Assembly: GCA_963764725.1 (NCBI GenBank)
Contig: CAVXTM010000018.1
Coordinates: 448,001 to 512,000 of the forward strand
Origin: an uncultured Gammaproteobacteria bacterium
Lineage (GTDB): Bacteria > Pseudomonadota > Gammaproteobacteria > JACCXJ01
Length of the DNA: 64,000 bases
Direction of reading: 5' to 3'
The translations under genes and the position numbers were made by a program. Under the pieces are notes generated by a model. The model was given only the letters and a program-made list of their open reading frames with translations. It did not search any database and was not told the DNA's origin. Of this stretch, positions 19,907 through 31,020 are shown one piece after another; positions within the stretch are counted from its first letter, which is position 1; the number at the start of each line of letters is the position of its first letter.

Positions 19907-20698
19907 GTGTCTGCCGTATGCGCCCAGGGCATCTGGCTCCTGGCGTTCGTCGCATCCTGGGGGATCGCTTGCCCGGCCCTGCAGGCCGCGCCGCTCCAGT
20001 GCGCGCCGACTGGGATCGATGAGTATGCCGCAGTCCGTTACGTTATCGACGGCGACACCGTGGTGCTCGCGGATCGGCGCAAGATCCGTCTCATCGGCAT
20101 CAATGCACCGGAGATCGGGCGCGAGGGCCGCCGCTCTCAAGCGCTTGCGGAGCTTGCCCGAGGAGCACTAAAACGGCTGCTCACGGGCCAATCCCGCGTT
20201 GGCCTACAGCACGATCGGCAGCAGCGCGATAGGTTCGGGCGGCAACTAAGCCACTTGTTGCTGCGCGATGGCACCAATGTCCAGGCATGGTTACTCGAGC
20301 GGGGCCTCGTAACGGCGTTGATTTTTCCGCCCAACCTCGACTATGTGGAATGTTACCGCGACGCCGAAAGGGCGGCGCGGAGATCGAATCTCGGCCTGTG
20401 GAGGCTCGCGCGCTATAAACCCGTAGATGCAGGGCGCCTCGCGGGTTTGTCCCGGGGCTATCGAGTCGTCACGGGCCGTATCACCGGAGTCCACGCCACG
20501 CGCGCCTCCCAGTGGTTAAACTTCGGCCCGGCCTTCGCGGTTCGAATCCAGCGTACCGATCTCCGGTATTTTAAGCAGTTAGATTTTCAGCATTGGGTGG
20601 GTAAGCTCGTCAGCGTGCGCGGCTGGCTTTCGCGCCGCGACGGTAATACCTACATGCGTTTAAGACACCCCGCGCAACTGGATGCGACACCGGGTTGA
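19907..20698 (+). CDS. Thermonuclease (SNase) family protein
   Basis: VIDGDT, IRLIGINAPE, DRFGRQL, AER.AR..NLGLW, C-terminal OB-like domain. Confidence 0.9.
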   Translation: MSAVCAQGIWLLAFVASWGIACPALQAAPLQCAPTGIDEYAAVRYVIDGDTVVLADRRKIRLIGINAPEIGREGRRSQALAELARGALKRLLTGQSRVGLQHDRQQRDRFGRQLSHLLLRDGTNVQAWLLERGLVTALIFPPNLDYVECYRDAERAARRSNLGLWRLARYKPVDAGRLAGLSRGYRVVTGRITGVHATRASQWLNFGPAFAVRIQRTDLRYFKQLDFQHWVGKLVSVRGWLSRRDGNTYMRLRHPAQLDATPG

Positions 20699-20725
20699 AG
20701 CGGACGGTCCATGGACATCGCCGAT

Positions 20726-22183
20726 TTAGCGGAAGAACTTGGCCAGCGTCTCGGCCAAGCCCCCGTGCGGGCGTTGCGCCAGCGATTTAAGCGCCAGCAG
20801 CGTGTCGTTATCTGGCGCGAATTGCAATCCAATCGCAACGTATCCTTTGGCCCGGTCGTAGTTGTTGTTGGCCAGTTCGCGCTCGGCGAGAAACGCGAAG
20901 CGTTCTCCAATCGCCATTAATCCCTTGCGCGCCGGTACGTTGCCGGGCTCGATCTCGAGCAAGCGCGAGTAGTAGTAATAAGCGTTGTCCTGGGGAGGGT
21001 GGGTAAGGCGGTAATCGTCCAGACTTTTTTTCGCGAGCCATGCGAGCGCCTTTACCACTTCCTCGCCGCTGGGATCGACGCTGGCGCTCGTTGCTACGGG
21101 GCTCGCGGCGCTTGTGTCTCCCAGAAGCTTCCGATCGACATCGACCGCGAGGCTCTGGAGCTCGGGATCGCGGCGCGGACTCATATCGCGGTCGATACGG
21201 GCCTGAGCGTAAAAAAGACCCGCGTACCCTGCAAGAGCGGCGGCCAGCAGCCCCCCCAGCGCGTGGATCGAACCCCGGGAGGAGGCCCGCACCGGTAGCT
21301 CGATGGCTCGGGCCTTGTCGAGGGGCAGCGTATACTCGCCGGAGACATCGACATCGGGAGTGAGCTTCGCCTGGGCCGATGTCTTGATAATCCCGCTCTG
21401 CATCATGTGCCGCACATGATGCAGCAGACTGTCGGCGTCCCGAAACCGATCTTTGCGGTTCTTCGCCAGCATGAGGTTGATGAGGGGCTGAAATTGATCT
21501 AGGCCGGAAGGCAAAAGCGGAATCGGAGCCCGCTTATGTTGCATGATCACATCAAGGACGGAGTCGGATTGGTAGGGTTTCACGCCTGTCAGCATTTCAT
21601 ACAGGATCACGCCCAGCGCATAGATGTCGGCGCGGCCGTCGATCGAGTTAGGCTCCGCTTGTTCTGGAGCCATGTAGTTCGGGCTTCCGAGGAAGATACC
21701 GGTTTGCGTCAGGTCGAGGTCGGTCGTAAGTTGTTTCGCAATGCCAAAATCACTCAGCAAAGGCGTCCCGTCCTTTCGGAATAGAATATTCGCCGGCTTG
21801 ACATCGCGATGGACTATACCTTTTTTATGCGCAACGCTGAGCCCGCTACCAACCGCAATCAAAATGTCGAGGGCGTCAAAGGGGGTTATGACCGCGCGCA
21901 TGCGTTTGCGCAGGTCGCCACCCTCGACGTACTCCATCGACATATAAGCGGCATCATCGCAGGCGCCGATGTCGTAAATAGTAATGACATGCGGGTGATT
22001 GAGCGAGGCGACGATGCGCGCTTCGTTCATAAAGCGCTCGAAATCCAGCGGGTTCTTGCGCCTATCGGTATTCAGCACCTTCAAGACGACCAATCGGCCC
22101 AACGAATCCTGACGCGCCAAATAGGCGGTCGCCATGCCGCCCGCGCCTATTTTCTGCTGGACCGTGTACCCCGTGATCTCCAT
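20726..22183 (-). CDS. Hanks-type Ser/Thr protein kinase with TM and periplasmic TPR-like domain
   Basis: GAGGMA, HRDVKPANIL, DFG, GSPNYMAPEQ, TM near aa 307-325, LTHPPQDNAYYYY. Confidence 0.92.
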   Translation of the reverse strand: MEITGYTVQQKIGAGGMATAYLARQDSLGRLVVLKVLNTDRRKNPLDFERFMNEARIVASLNHPHVITIYDIGACDDAAYMSMEYVEGGDLRKRMRAVITPFDALDILIAVGSGLSVAHKKGIVHRDVKPANILFRKDGTPLLSDFGIAKQLTTDLDLTQTGIFLGSPNYMAPEQAEPNSIDGRADIYALGVILYEMLTGVKPYQSDSVLDVIMQHKRAPIPLLPSGLDQFQPLINLMLAKNRKDRFRDADSLLHHVRHMMQSGIIKTSAQAKLTPDVDVSGEYTLPLDKARAIELPVRASSRGSIHALGGLLAAALAGYAGLFYAQARIDRDMSPRRDPELQSLAVDVDRKLLGDTSAASPVATSASVDPSGEEVVKALAWLAKKSLDDYRLTHPPQDNAYYYYSRLLEIEPGNVPARKGLMAIGERFAFLAERELANNNYDRAKGYVAIGLQFAPDNDTLLALKSLAQRPHGGLAETLAKFFR

Positions 22184-22257
22184 ATGCTCTAATTATATCA
22201 ATGCTACGTGCGGCAACGTTGCTTCCGCTCCGCTATCGCAATTTAAGAGAAGCAGGT

Positions 22258-22273
22258 TTGGAACACTTTTCGC
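22258..22273 (+). promoter_or_regulatory. Possible sigma54 -24/-12 promoter upstream of rsd
   Basis: TTGGAACACTTTTCGC: GG-N10-GC spacing, about 70 bp upstream of the rsd ATG. Confidence 0.3.
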
Positions 22274-22340
22274 CTTAATTTACGATGTTGATTTAGGAAC
22301 AATCACTACTTTCGTAAAAAAACGGCTCCAGGGATCCCCT

Positions 22341-22817
22341 ATGCTAGCTCAGGCCAAGAAACATGCCATTGCCCGTCCCCAGACGCGCTCGCTTATTACT
22401 AAGATTCTAGAGGAACGCAAGGACGTGTTGGTCTTACTCTGCAAGGTCTCGGGCTTAGCGCCATTTCCAGCGAATAAACCGCTGGTGGCCTTAATGACCG
22501 AGTTTTGTGAGCTTCTGGTCGATTACATCGCAGCGGCGCATTTCGGTCTGTATCAGCGTCTTTCCGAAGGCCAGGAACGGCGGCGTGCGGTGGTTGATCT
22601 GGCGATGGAGATCTATCCGGGCATTGACCGCACCACCCAGATTGCACTTGCGTTTAATGACAAGTACGGGGGGGTGACGCTTTCCGGCGATCTCACCGTC
22701 CTGCACCGGGATCTCTCGCATCTCGGTGAAATTCTCGCCAGCCGAATCGATCTCGAGGACCGCTTGATCACGGCGATGCTGGGCGAGTCCATCGGGCCCG
22801 CCCGATCGGTCGCCTGA
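22341..22817 (+). CDS. rsd: Rsd/AlgQ-family anti-sigma70 factor
   Basis: L.ER..VLV, FCELLVDYIAAAHFGLY, ALAFNDKY, LSHLGEILASRIDLEDRLI. Confidence 0.85.
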   Translation: MLAQAKKHAIARPQTRSLITKILEERKDVLVLLCKVSGLAPFPANKPLVALMTEFCELLVDYIAAAHFGLYQRLSEGQERRRAVVDLAMEIYPGIDRTTQIALAFNDKYGGVTLSGDLTVLHRDLSHLGEILASRIDLEDRLITAMLGESIGPARSVA

Positions 22818-22843
22818 GATCACTCGAAATCCCCTGGCTCGCC

Positions 22844-24199
22844 ATGGGTGAGGGCAACACGGATCTCGAGCAGAGGGATCTCTCCGTCTTATGGCACCCC
22901 TGCACCCAAATGAAGGATCACGAACGCCTCCCCGTGATCCCGATTCGACGCGGGCGCGGCGTCTGGCTCGAGGACTTCGACGGCCGGCGCTATCTCGACG
23001 CCATCAGCTCGTGGTGGGTCAATCTCTTCGGCCACAGCCATCCGCGGATCAATGCCGCGGTGAAAGCGCAAGTAGAGGAGCTCGAGCAGGTGTTGCTGGC
23101 CGGGTTTACGCACGAAGCGGCCGTCAGCTTGGCCGAACGACTGGTCGCGATCACACCCGCGGGCCTGACGAAATGTTTTTTCGCCGATAACGGCTCGTGC
23201 GCCGTCGAAGTGGCGCTCAAAATGAGCTTTCATTATTGGCGCAATCGCGGCGAGCTGCGCAAGACCCACTTCATCTGCCTTGAGAATGCGTACCACGGCG
23301 AGACGCTCGGGGCGCTCTCCGTGTCCCAGATCCCCCTCTACCGTGACACCTATGCACCCCTGCTGAAGGATGCGATCGTGGCGCCCTCCCCGGATTGCTA
23401 CCGGCGCGCGCCGGGCGAGACCTGGGCGGAATGTTCGCGGCGCGGATTTGTAGCGATGGCGGATCTCCTGGGGCGCCACGCCGATGAGGTATGCGCGGTC
23501 ATCCTCGAACCGCTGGTTCAATGCGCCGGCCAGATGCGCATGTATGATCCCGTATACTTAAGCTTAGTACGCGCGGCCTGCTCTCAGCATCGCGTGCATC
23601 TGATCGCCGATGAGATCGCGGTCGGTTTCGGTCGCACCGGGACCCTTTTCGCCTGCGAGCAAGCTGCGATCGCGCCCGACTTCCTGTGCCTGTCGAAAGG
23701 GCTGACGGGAGGCTACCTCCCCCTTGGCGCGGTGTTGACCACCGATGAGATTTACCGAGCGTTCTATGATGACTATGACACGCTTAGCGCCTTTCTCCAT
23801 TCGCACAGTTATACCGGCAATCCGCTTGCCTGCCGCGCCGCGCTCGCCACGCTGTCGCTGTTCGAAGAGCAACCGGTGCTGGCGGACAACCGTCAGCTCG
23901 CGCAAGCCATGGCCGCCGCGACGGCGCATTTCACGGACCATCCTCACGTCGCGGAAGTGCGCCAGACGGGCATGATCCTGGCCATCGAAATCGTCCAGGA
24001 CAAAGCGACTAAAACCCCCTACCCCTGGCAAGAACGGCGCGGTCTCCGGATCTACCGGCAAGCCCTCGCGCGCGGCGTGCTGCTGCGTCCCTTGGGAAAC
24101 GTCGTCTATTTTATGCCGCCCTACGTCATCACCGAAGACGAAATCCGTCTTTTAGCCGATGTGGCTATGGAGGGGGTTGACCTCGCGACCTCCGATTGA
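22844..24199 (+). CDS. bioA: Adenosylmethionine-8-amino-7-oxononanoate aminotransferase
   Basis: WHPCTQM, DAISSWWV, YHGET, IADEIAVGFGRTG, SKGLTGGY, HSHSYTGNP. Confidence 0.95.
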   Translation: MGEGNTDLEQRDLSVLWHPCTQMKDHERLPVIPIRRGRGVWLEDFDGRRYLDAISSWWVNLFGHSHPRINAAVKAQVEELEQVLLAGFTHEAAVSLAERLVAITPAGLTKCFFADNGSCAVEVALKMSFHYWRNRGELRKTHFICLENAYHGETLGALSVSQIPLYRDTYAPLLKDAIVAPSPDCYRRAPGETWAECSRRGFVAMADLLGRHADEVCAVILEPLVQCAGQMRMYDPVYLSLVRAACSQHRVHLIADEIAVGFGRTGTLFACEQAAIAPDFLCLSKGLTGGYLPLGAVLTTDEIYRAFYDDYDTLSAFLHSHSYTGNPLACRAALATLSLFEEQPVLADNRQLAQAMAAATAHFTDHPHVAEVRQTGMILAIEIVQDKATKTPYPWQERRGLRIYRQALARGVLLRPLGNVVYFMPPYVITEDEIRLLADVAMEGVDLATSD

Positions 24200-24933
24200 G
24201 CATGCGCATCCCCCGCGTCTACGTGGAGGCACCCCTTCGATGCGGCGCCACTCTCGCATTGCCACGGGCGTGCGCGGAGCATCTGGTGCGCGTATTGCGC
24301 CGACAGGCGGGGGATGCCATCGTGCTGTTTAACGGCCAAGGGGGGGAATGGGAGGCCACGATCGCGTCGATCGGGCGCGCGGAGGCGGCCGTGATCATCG
24401 GTCCCCACCACGCCATCGAACGGGAGTCGCCTTTGCGCGTAACGCTGGCGCAGGGCCTAGCACGGGGCGAGCGCATGGACTATACGATCCAGAAAGCCGT
24501 CGAGCTCGGGATCACGCACATCGTTCCCATCGCAGCGCGACGCTCGGTGGTACAACTGGCAGAGGCGCGCGCCGAACGCCGGCTGGATCACTGGCGCAAA
24601 GTGATCCGGCAAGCGTGCGAACAGTGTGGACGCAATCGCTTACCCGCGATCGAACCCGTGCTCGATTTACCCACCTGGCTGGCGCGCGCGACTTCGGGAG
24701 TCAATGTGCTGCTTGCGACCGCAGGCGAGACCATGCTGTCGGATCTCACGCTGACCGAACCGAGCCTCACGCTCTTGGCCGGACCCGAAGGGGGATGGAG
24801 CCAGGAGGAGGTGTACGCGGCGCGCCAGGCCGGGTTCTTAGGCTTGCGCCTGGGGCCGCGGATCTTGCGCACGGAGACGGCTGCGGTGGCCGCCCTCAGC
24901 GCGTTTAATAGCTTGTGGGGAGACTTGCGTTGA
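24196..24933 (+). CDS. rsmE: 16S rRNA m3U1498 methyltransferase
   Basis: MRIPR, HLVRVLR, MDYTIQKAVELG, ACEQCGR, GPEGG, LGPRILRTETA. Confidence 0.95.
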   Translation: MSMRIPRVYVEAPLRCGATLALPRACAEHLVRVLRRQAGDAIVLFNGQGGEWEATIASIGRAEAAVIIGPHHAIERESPLRVTLAQGLARGERMDYTIQKAVELGITHIVPIAARRSVVQLAEARAERRLDHWRKVIRQACEQCGRNRLPAIEPVLDLPTWLARATSGVNVLLATAGETMLSDLTLTEPSLTLLAGPEGGWSQEEVYAARQAGFLGLRLGPRILRTETAAVAALSAFNSLWGDLR

Positions 24934-25162
24934 AGTCAATTTAGATTTCGCCACCAGTACAACCCCGTGGCGACCAAAGGGGCGAGCTGCGCCTCTCCCC
25001 TTTGGAAACCCCATCGCCAAGATCCCCGCGGCAAGAGCGTGGGGGAATAGATTTTTAACAGAACCACAACCGCAGCTCCAGTAGGCTATCCGTCCGCCAC
25101 CCTCCGGTGTGGTAGACTAGTGATTGCGTTGCCGCGCTATACCCGCGCGGCTAAGCCACCGC

Positions 25163-26572
25163 GTGAAACCCGACTCAATCAAAGACAGCCTCTGGAGCTC
25201 GCGGTTTTCCGAACCGACCGACGCCTTCGTCCAACGCTTCACGGCCTCCGTTCCTTTCGATAAACGCCTCTACTGGCACGATATCGAGGGGTCCAAAGCG
25301 CATGCCCGCATGCTGGCCCGGATCGGGGCGCTGAGCGCCGCCGAATGTGACGCCATCGTCACCGCTCTCGACGCGATCCGCGACGCTATCGAGCGCGGGG
25401 AGATCGAGTGGTCGATCGCGCTCGAAGACGTGCATATGAACATCGAAGCGCGGCTCACGGAACGCATCGGCGAAGTGGGAAAGAAACTCCATATGGGACG
25501 CTCGCGCAATGACCAAGTGGCCACCGATATCCGGCTCTATTTGCGCGCCGAGATCGACGCCATCATCGGCCAACTGCACCTGCTCATGGCTGCGCTCGTC
25601 GATGTCGCCGAACGTGAAGCCGCGACCATCCTACCGGGCTACACGCACCTGCAAACGGCGCAACCCGTGACCTTCGGCCACCACATGCTGGCGTGGTTCG
25701 AGATGTTTTGCCGTGATCGGGACCGGCTCTGCGACTGCCGCCAACGCGTCAATGTCCTGCCCTTGGGCGCGGCCGCGCTCGCCGGCACGAGCTTTCCCAT
25801 CGATCGCGAATTCACCGCCCGGGCGCTCGGATTTGAGGGCATCGCCGAGAATTCTCTCGATGCCGTAAGTGATCGCGACTTCGCGATCGAGTTCGCGGCC
25901 TGCGCCGCGCTCATTCTCATGCACCTCTCCCGCTGTTCCGAGGAACTCGTTCTATGGTCATCGCAAGCGTTCGACTTCATCGAGATCGGCGACGCCTTCT
26001 GCACCGGTTCCTCCATCATGCCGCAGAAGAAGAACCCGGACGTACCGGAGCTCGTGCGCGGGAAGAGTGGACGCGTCTACGGTCACCTGATGGGGCTCTT
26101 GACGCTGATGAAATCGCAGCCCTTGGCCTACAATAAAGACAACCAAGAAGATAAAGAGCCCTTGTTCGATATCATCGACACCGTCAAGGGCTGTCTACGC
26201 GTCTACACGGATCTCGTGCCCGCCATCGCAATCAAGCGCGAGAGGATGCGCGAGGCCGCACGCCGCGGGTACAGTACGGCCACCGATCTCGCGGACTACT
26301 TGGCTCGCAAAGGGATGCCGTTCCGCGATGCGCACGCCGCCGTAGGCCGCGTCGTCCGCTACGCCATCGCCGAGCGGAAAGACTTGGCCGAGCTGACACT
26401 CGCCGAATTGCGGCAATTTTCAAGCTGCGTCGAAAACGATGTATTCGAGGTATTGACCTTGGAAGGATCGGTGGCCGCGCGTAATCATTTCGGTGGCACG
26501 GCGCCCGAGCAGGTGCGCGCGGCCGTCCGACGGGCGCGCCAGCGTTTAGCGGTTAAGAAAGGAAAGGCATGA
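25163..26572 (+). CDS. argH: Argininosuccinate lyase
   Basis: [38 protein letters not shown]; probable start GTG 25163. Confidence 0.95.
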   Translation: MKPDSIKDSLWSSRFSEPTDAFVQRFTASVPFDKRLYWHDIEGSKAHARMLARIGALSAAECDAIVTALDAIRDAIERGEIEWSIALEDVHMNIEARLTERIGEVGKKLHMGRSRNDQVATDIRLYLRAEIDAIIGQLHLLMAALVDVAEREAATILPGYTHLQTAQPVTFGHHMLAWFEMFCRDRDRLCDCRQRVNVLPLGAAALAGTSFPIDREFTARALGFEGIAENSLDAVSDRDFAIEFAACAALILMHLSRCSEELVLWSSQAFDFIEIGDAFCTGSSIMPQKKNPDVPELVRGKSGRVYGHLMGLLTLMKSQPLAYNKDNQEDKEPLFDIIDTVKGCLRVYTDLVPAIAIKRERMREAARRGYSTATDLADYLARKGMPFRDAHAAVGRVVRYAIAERKDLAELTLAELRQFSSCVENDVFEVLTLEGSVAARNHFGGTAPEQVRAAVRRARQRLAVKKGKA

Positions 26573-29478
26573 CTAAGCTTCTGAAGATCATCGCCGCGGT
26601 GTTCGGGTTCGTCGTCCTATTGATGGTCGCGGCCGCGATCATAATTCCCATGGTCATAAACCCTAACGACTTCAAGGGCGAAATCATCGGGCAGGTAGAG
26701 AAAACGACGGGTAGAAAACTCGATCTGGCGGGCGACATCGGACTCACGGTGTTCCCTAGGCTGGGCCTAGAGCTCGGCGCGACCACGCTCGGCAATGCGC
26801 CCGGGTTCGGCGAGCAGCCCTTCCTTAGATCGGAGCGCGTGCAGGTGCGAGTCAAGCTGCTGCCGTTGTTACAGAAGCAGGTCGAGATGGACACCGTCGG
26901 GCTCGAGGGTCTGGAGCTGAATCTGGCGCGCGATAAATCGGGACGATCCAACTGGGACGATTTGCTCCAGAAGGGCGCGCAAGCAACGCCCCCCGCCGAT
27001 GCCCCCGCGGGCAAGCCGAACGCAGCGGCCGAGGCCGCACCACAACCGTTCGCCGCCTTGGCCCTTGGCGGTGTCGCTCTCAAAGGCGGCCGCATTACCT
27101 GGGATGACCGGCAACAGGGGGAGCGCTACACGATTGAAGATCTGAACCTGGAAACCGGAGCGATCGCTCCGGGCGAACCGGTGCCGCTCGATCTCTCCCT
27201 GGCTTTCGATGCGCCGCCGCAAGGCCTTACGGGCAATCTTGCCTTGGAGGGCACGGTCGACTATGACCTCGAAGGCCGACGTTACGGGGTTAAACCCTTG
27301 GATTTCACGGCCAAGCTCAAGGGCAAATCGGTGCCGGGCGGCGCGCTCGACCTCACGTTGACGGCTGATCACGTCAATGCCGATCTCGAGCAAAACGCGG
27401 CCACGGTGTCCGGCCTGGCGCTCGATGCCGGCGGGGCAAGCCTGAGCGGCGATATCCAGGTGCAGAACCTCACGTCAGGCAAACCGGCCGTCACCTATAC
27501 GCTGCGCGCCAAGGGCCAAGAGCTTTCGGGATTGATCAAGGCCGCGGGCGAGGCATTCAACATCGCGGGGATCCCCAAGTCACTCACGGCGCTCAGCATC
27601 GACATGGGGATGAGCGGCAGCGCGGCCAAGGTCGCCGTCGAGCCGTTCAAGCTCCAAGGCACCTTGCAAGCGGCCGGCGCGAAGGGGCCGCTGAATCTCG
27701 ATTTGCGGAGCGAGCGCATGGACCTCGATCTCACCAGCAAAGCGGTTGCGGTCAAGGCGGGAGCCCTCAAGATTAGCGGCGACGATGTCGTTCCGGTCTT
27801 AAAAGAGCTCGGTGTGAGCGGCCCCGGCTTGGAGACCTTGGCGATCGGGCTCAACGTGGATACGGAATTCTCGGGCACGGGCACGAAGCTCACGCTCGCG
27901 CCCTTCAATGTCAAGGCCGCTCTTGCGGGCGAGACCCTACCGAACAAAGCCGCCGAGGTGACGCTCGCGACGCGTGCCGAGGTCGATCTCGACAAGCAGA
28001 CCGCGGCGCTCCATGATCTCGCTCTGCAGGGTCTCGGCCTCGATCTCCGGGGTGCGGCGCAGGCCGAGAACATTCAGAAGGATCCGAAGTTTGCCGGAAC
28101 GCTTAAGCTCAAGCCTTTCGACGCGCGCAAGCTGCTCACACAATTGGGTCAGGCGGTGCCCGAGACCACCGATCCGAAAGCATTAACGAACGTTGGCTTC
28201 GAGACCGCGCTCGCGGGATCGAAAAATAGCATTAACTTGAGCAATCTCGCGCTGCGGCTCGACGACTCGCGGATCAAAGGCACGATAAGCGTCGCCGATT
28301 TTTCGCAGCCCGCCATCGGCTTCAAGCTCGATGTGGACGGAATCGACGCCGATCGTTATTTACCCCGTGAGAAAGTGGAGAAGGCCGGGGGAGATGCCCG
28401 GAAGAGCCAAAAATCCCCCGCTAAGAAGGATCGCGGCGCTCGTGACGCGGCGAGCGGCACGGATGATGACGGAGTCTCCGTCGGCAGCACCGCGGGCGGA
28501 TTAAATCTCAAGGGCGTGCTCACCGTGGGCAAGCTCGAGATCGCAAACGCCACGCTGACCCGGCTTAGCGTGGCCGTTAACGCGAAGGATGGCGACATCA
28601 ACCTGAACCCGATCGCGGCCGATCTCTACCAAGGCAAGATCGCGGGGAGTGTCGGCCTCAATACCCGGGCAGCGAAACCGAAGTTGAGCATGAATGAGTC
28701 TCTGACTGGCGTGCAGATGGAGCCGCTGCTCAAAGACCTCTCGGGTGAGGCTAAGATCGCCGGAACGGCGAATCTCAAGGCGCAGATCAATGGCGCCGGG
28801 GCGAGTGCCGATGCGATCAAGCGCACGCTCTCGGGCAAGGCGGCTTTCCAGTTTCTGGACGGCACCCTCATCGGCGTCAATCTCGGCCAATTGATGCGTA
28901 AGGCCCAAGCAGGCTTTGTCGGTAAAGTCGATGAAAACGCAAAAACGGATTTTAGCGAGATGGCGGGCACGTTGATTTTTGACCAAGGTGTCGTCCGCAA
29001 TCAGGACCTAGTGCTCAAGTCGCCGTTGCTTCGGATCGCCGGACAAGGCCAAGCAGATCTGGTGAGCGAACGCATCGACTATACGCTGAACACGACCCTA
29101 TCCGCGACCGCTGAGGGGCAGGGCGGCAAGCAGCTGACCGATCTCGGTGGGATCACGATCCCGATTAAGGTGAGTGGCACCTTCGACGATCCTAGCTATA
29201 CCCCAGACGTGGCCGGTCTCGCCAGGGCCAAAGCGGCAAAGGCGTTGGAGAAAAACAAGGAAAAGATCACCGAAAAGCTCAAGGAGAAGTTGGGCAAGGA
29301 TGCGGGTGGCGTGCTGGGTGAGACCTTGGGCGGTCTGCTTGGAGGCAAGAAGCCGCGGGCCGGCGATGCGCCCAAAGAGAACGGCGAGACCGCACCGGCG
29401 CCCACCGAGGCGGCCCCCGCGCGGGATCAGAGCAACAAGGACGTTCAAGAAAAGCTCAAGGATCTGCTCCGATTCTAA
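26569..29478 (+). CDS. asmA: AsmA-family protein
   Basis: N-terminal anchor, NPNDFK..I...V...[25 protein letters not shown]; argH-asmA-mutY-yggX context. Confidence 0.88.
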   Translation: MTKLLKIIAAVFGFVVLLMVAAAIIIPMVINPNDFKGEIIGQVEKTTGRKLDLAGDIGLTVFPRLGLELGATTLGNAPGFGEQPFLRSERVQVRVKLLPLLQKQVEMDTVGLEGLELNLARDKSGRSNWDDLLQKGAQATPPADAPAGKPNAAAEAAPQPFAALALGGVALKGGRITWDDRQQGERYTIEDLNLETGAIAPGEPVPLDLSLAFDAPPQGLTGNLALEGTVDYDLEGRRYGVKPLDFTAKLKGKSVPGGALDLTLTADHVNADLEQNAATVSGLALDAGGASLSGDIQVQNLTSGKPAVTYTLRAKGQELSGLIKAAGEAFNIAGIPKSLTALSIDMGMSGSAAKVAVEPFKLQGTLQAAGAKGPLNLDLRSERMDLDLTSKAVAVKAGALKISGDDVVPVLKELGVSGPGLETLAIGLNVDTEFSGTGTKLTLAPFNVKAALAGETLPNKAAEVTLATRAEVDLDKQTAALHDLALQGLGLDLRGAAQAENIQKDPKFAGTLKLKPFDARKLLTQLGQAVPETTDPKALTNVGFETALAGSKNSINLSNLALRLDDSRIKGTISVADFSQPAIGFKLDVDGIDADRYLPREKVEKAGGDARKSQKSPAKKDRGARDAASGTDDDGVSVGSTAGGLNLKGVLTVGKLEIANATLTRLSVAVNAKDGDINLNPIAADLYQGKIAGSVGLNTRAAKPKLSMNESLTGVQMEPLLKDLSGEAKIAGTANLKAQINGAGASADAIKRTLSGKAAFQFLDGTLIGVNLGQLMRKAQAGFVGKVDENAKTDFSEMAGTLIFDQGVVRNQDLVLKSPLLRIAGQGQADLVSERIDYTLNTTLSATAEGQGGKQLTDLGGITIPIKVSGTFDDPSYTPDVAGLARAKAAKALEKNKEKITEKLKEKLGKDAGGVLGETLGGLLGGKKPRAGDAPKENGETAPAPTEAAPARDQSNKDVQEKLKDLLRF

Positions 29479-29525
29479 ACAAAGCGGCGACACCGGTACG
29501 GCCTGCGGGCGAATGTGAACTAGCT

Positions 29526-30569
29526 GTGGATAATTTCAGCCAGCGGGTATTGCGTTGGTATCGCCTGCACGGCCGGAAGGATCTCCCGTGGCAGCGCCCG
29601 CCATCACCGTATCGCGTATGGCTTTCCGAAGTCATGCTGCAGCAGACTCAAGTCCCTACCGTCATCCCTTTTTTCGAGCGGTTTATCATGCGCTTCCCTA
29701 ACGTGAAGGGCCTTGCCGAGGCGCCGATCGATGAGGTCCTGCATTACTGGTCCGGGCTCGGCTACTACGCGCGGGCGCGGAACCTCCATCAGGCCGCGCG
29801 CATCGTGTTGGAACGCCATGCAGGCGAGTTACCGCGGGGTCTCGATGATCTCATGCATTTACCCGGCGTCGGCCGCTCGACAGCAGGCGCCATACTGTCG
29901 CTGGGTTTCGGCGAACGACAGCCGATACTCGACGGCAACGTCAAACGTGTCCTCGCGCGTTACCACGCCATCGGCGGATGGCCGGCTTCGCCTTCCGTCG
30001 AACGGGAGCTATGGGCCCGCTCGGAACAGCATACGCCGGCGGCGCAAGTGTCGGAATATACCCAGGCGATCATGGACCTCGGTGCGACCCTTTGCACGCG
30101 GAGCGTTCCGCGTTGCGGCGCGTGTCCCGTGCGCGCGGGGTGTCAAGCATACCGGCTCGGACTCACTTCAGATTATCCCGAAGCGAAGCCCCGAAAGGTG
30201 TTGCCAAAACGCACGACTTGCTTCGTGATCGTGCGAAATGCCAAGGCGGAAATCTTGCTGGAGCAACGGCCTCCGGCCGGGATCTGGGGTGGCCTATGGA
30301 GCTTCCCCGAATGCCCGCCGAGTACCGACCCAATCGACTGGTGTTGGCGCTACCTCGGTGTCGAGCCAACACAGCTCCATAGCGGGCGACCGTTCCGGCA
30401 CACTTTCAGCCATTTCGATCTCGAGATTCGTCCAGTGTATCTGCGGGTAGGGGAACTCCGGTCAGGGGTTAACGATCGTGGTGCGACGCTCTGGTACAGC
30501 AAAGCGTCCTCGCGACCCCTCGGCTTGGCGGCGCCTGCCATAAAACTTCTGAAAACACTCAGTCAATGA
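29526..30569 (+). CDS. mutY: A/G-specific adenine glycosylase
   Basis: GRKDLPWQ, SEVMLQQTQV, WSGLGYYARARNL, HhH LPGVGRSTAGA, FeS CxxxxxxCxxCxxxxxC. Confidence 0.95.
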   Translation: MDNFSQRVLRWYRLHGRKDLPWQRPPSPYRVWLSEVMLQQTQVPTVIPFFERFIMRFPNVKGLAEAPIDEVLHYWSGLGYYARARNLHQAARIVLERHAGELPRGLDDLMHLPGVGRSTAGAILSLGFGERQPILDGNVKRVLARYHAIGGWPASPSVERELWARSEQHTPAAQVSEYTQAIMDLGATLCTRSVPRCGACPVRAGCQAYRLGLTSDYPEAKPRKVLPKRTTCFVIVRNAKAEILLEQRPPAGIWGGLWSFPECPPSTDPIDWCWRYLGVEPTQLHSGRPFRHTFSHFDLEIRPVYLRVGELRSGVNDRGATLWYSKASSRPLGLAAPAIKLLKTLSQ

Positions 30570-30575
30570 TCAGGT

Positions 30576-30851
30576 GTGCCTATGACACGTATCGTAACTT
30601 GCATTAAGCTCGGGAAGGACGCCGAGGGATTGACCGCCGCACCGTATCCGGGGGAGCTCGGCCGGCGCATCTATGAGAACGTCTCCAAGGAGGCCTGGCA
30701 GATGTGGCTCAAGCACCAAACCATGCTCATCAACGAATATCGCCTGACCCCGCTCGACCCCAAGGCGCGCTCGTTTCTGGAGCAAGAAATGGAAAGATTC
30801 TTCTTCGGCCAGGGCTCCGCAAAACCGGAGGGCTACGTGCCGCCTGCGTAA
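30576..30851 (+). CDS. yggX: Fe(II)-trafficking/oxidative damage protection protein
   Basis: C.KLG..AEGL...[26 protein letters not shown]. Confidence 0.95.
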   Translation: MPMTRIVTCIKLGKDAEGLTAAPYPGELGRRIYENVSKEAWQMWLKHQTMLINEYRLTPLDPKARSFLEQEMERFFFGQGSAKPEGYVPPA

Positions 30852-30881
30852 AAGCAGAGGGATCATCTCACCGTCCGTCCC

Positions 30882-30910
30882 TTGACGCGCGCCATCCTGC
30901 CCGTTCTAAT
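30882..30910 (+). promoter_or_regulatory. sigma70 promoter of tRNA-Phe
   Basis: TTGACG-17 bp-TCTAAT followed by a GC-rich discriminator. Confidence 0.65.
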
Positions 30911-30929
30911 AGCGCGTCCAAAAACACCG

Positions 30930-30992
30930 GGCCAGGTAGCTCAGTCGGTAGAGCAGGGGACTGAAAATCCCTGTGTCGGCGGTTCAATTCCG
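30930..30992 (+). tRNA. tRNA-Phe(GAA), positions 1-63 intact, native 3' end replaced (possible pseudo-tRNA; attL)
   Basis: GGCCAGG TA GCTC..GAGC A GGGGA CTGAAAA TCCCT GTGTC GGCGG TTCAATT CCG, then GCTTGGTCG instead of TCCCTGGCCACCA. Confidence 0.9.
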
Positions 30993-31020
30993 GCTTGGTC
31001 GGTCCGATCGGTATCTATGT

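Noticed and set aside
26569-29478. Unusually long AsmA as a novel protein
   Set aside because: Extra beta-groove repeats are normal length variation in AsmA-like proteins, and the synteny is ordinary.
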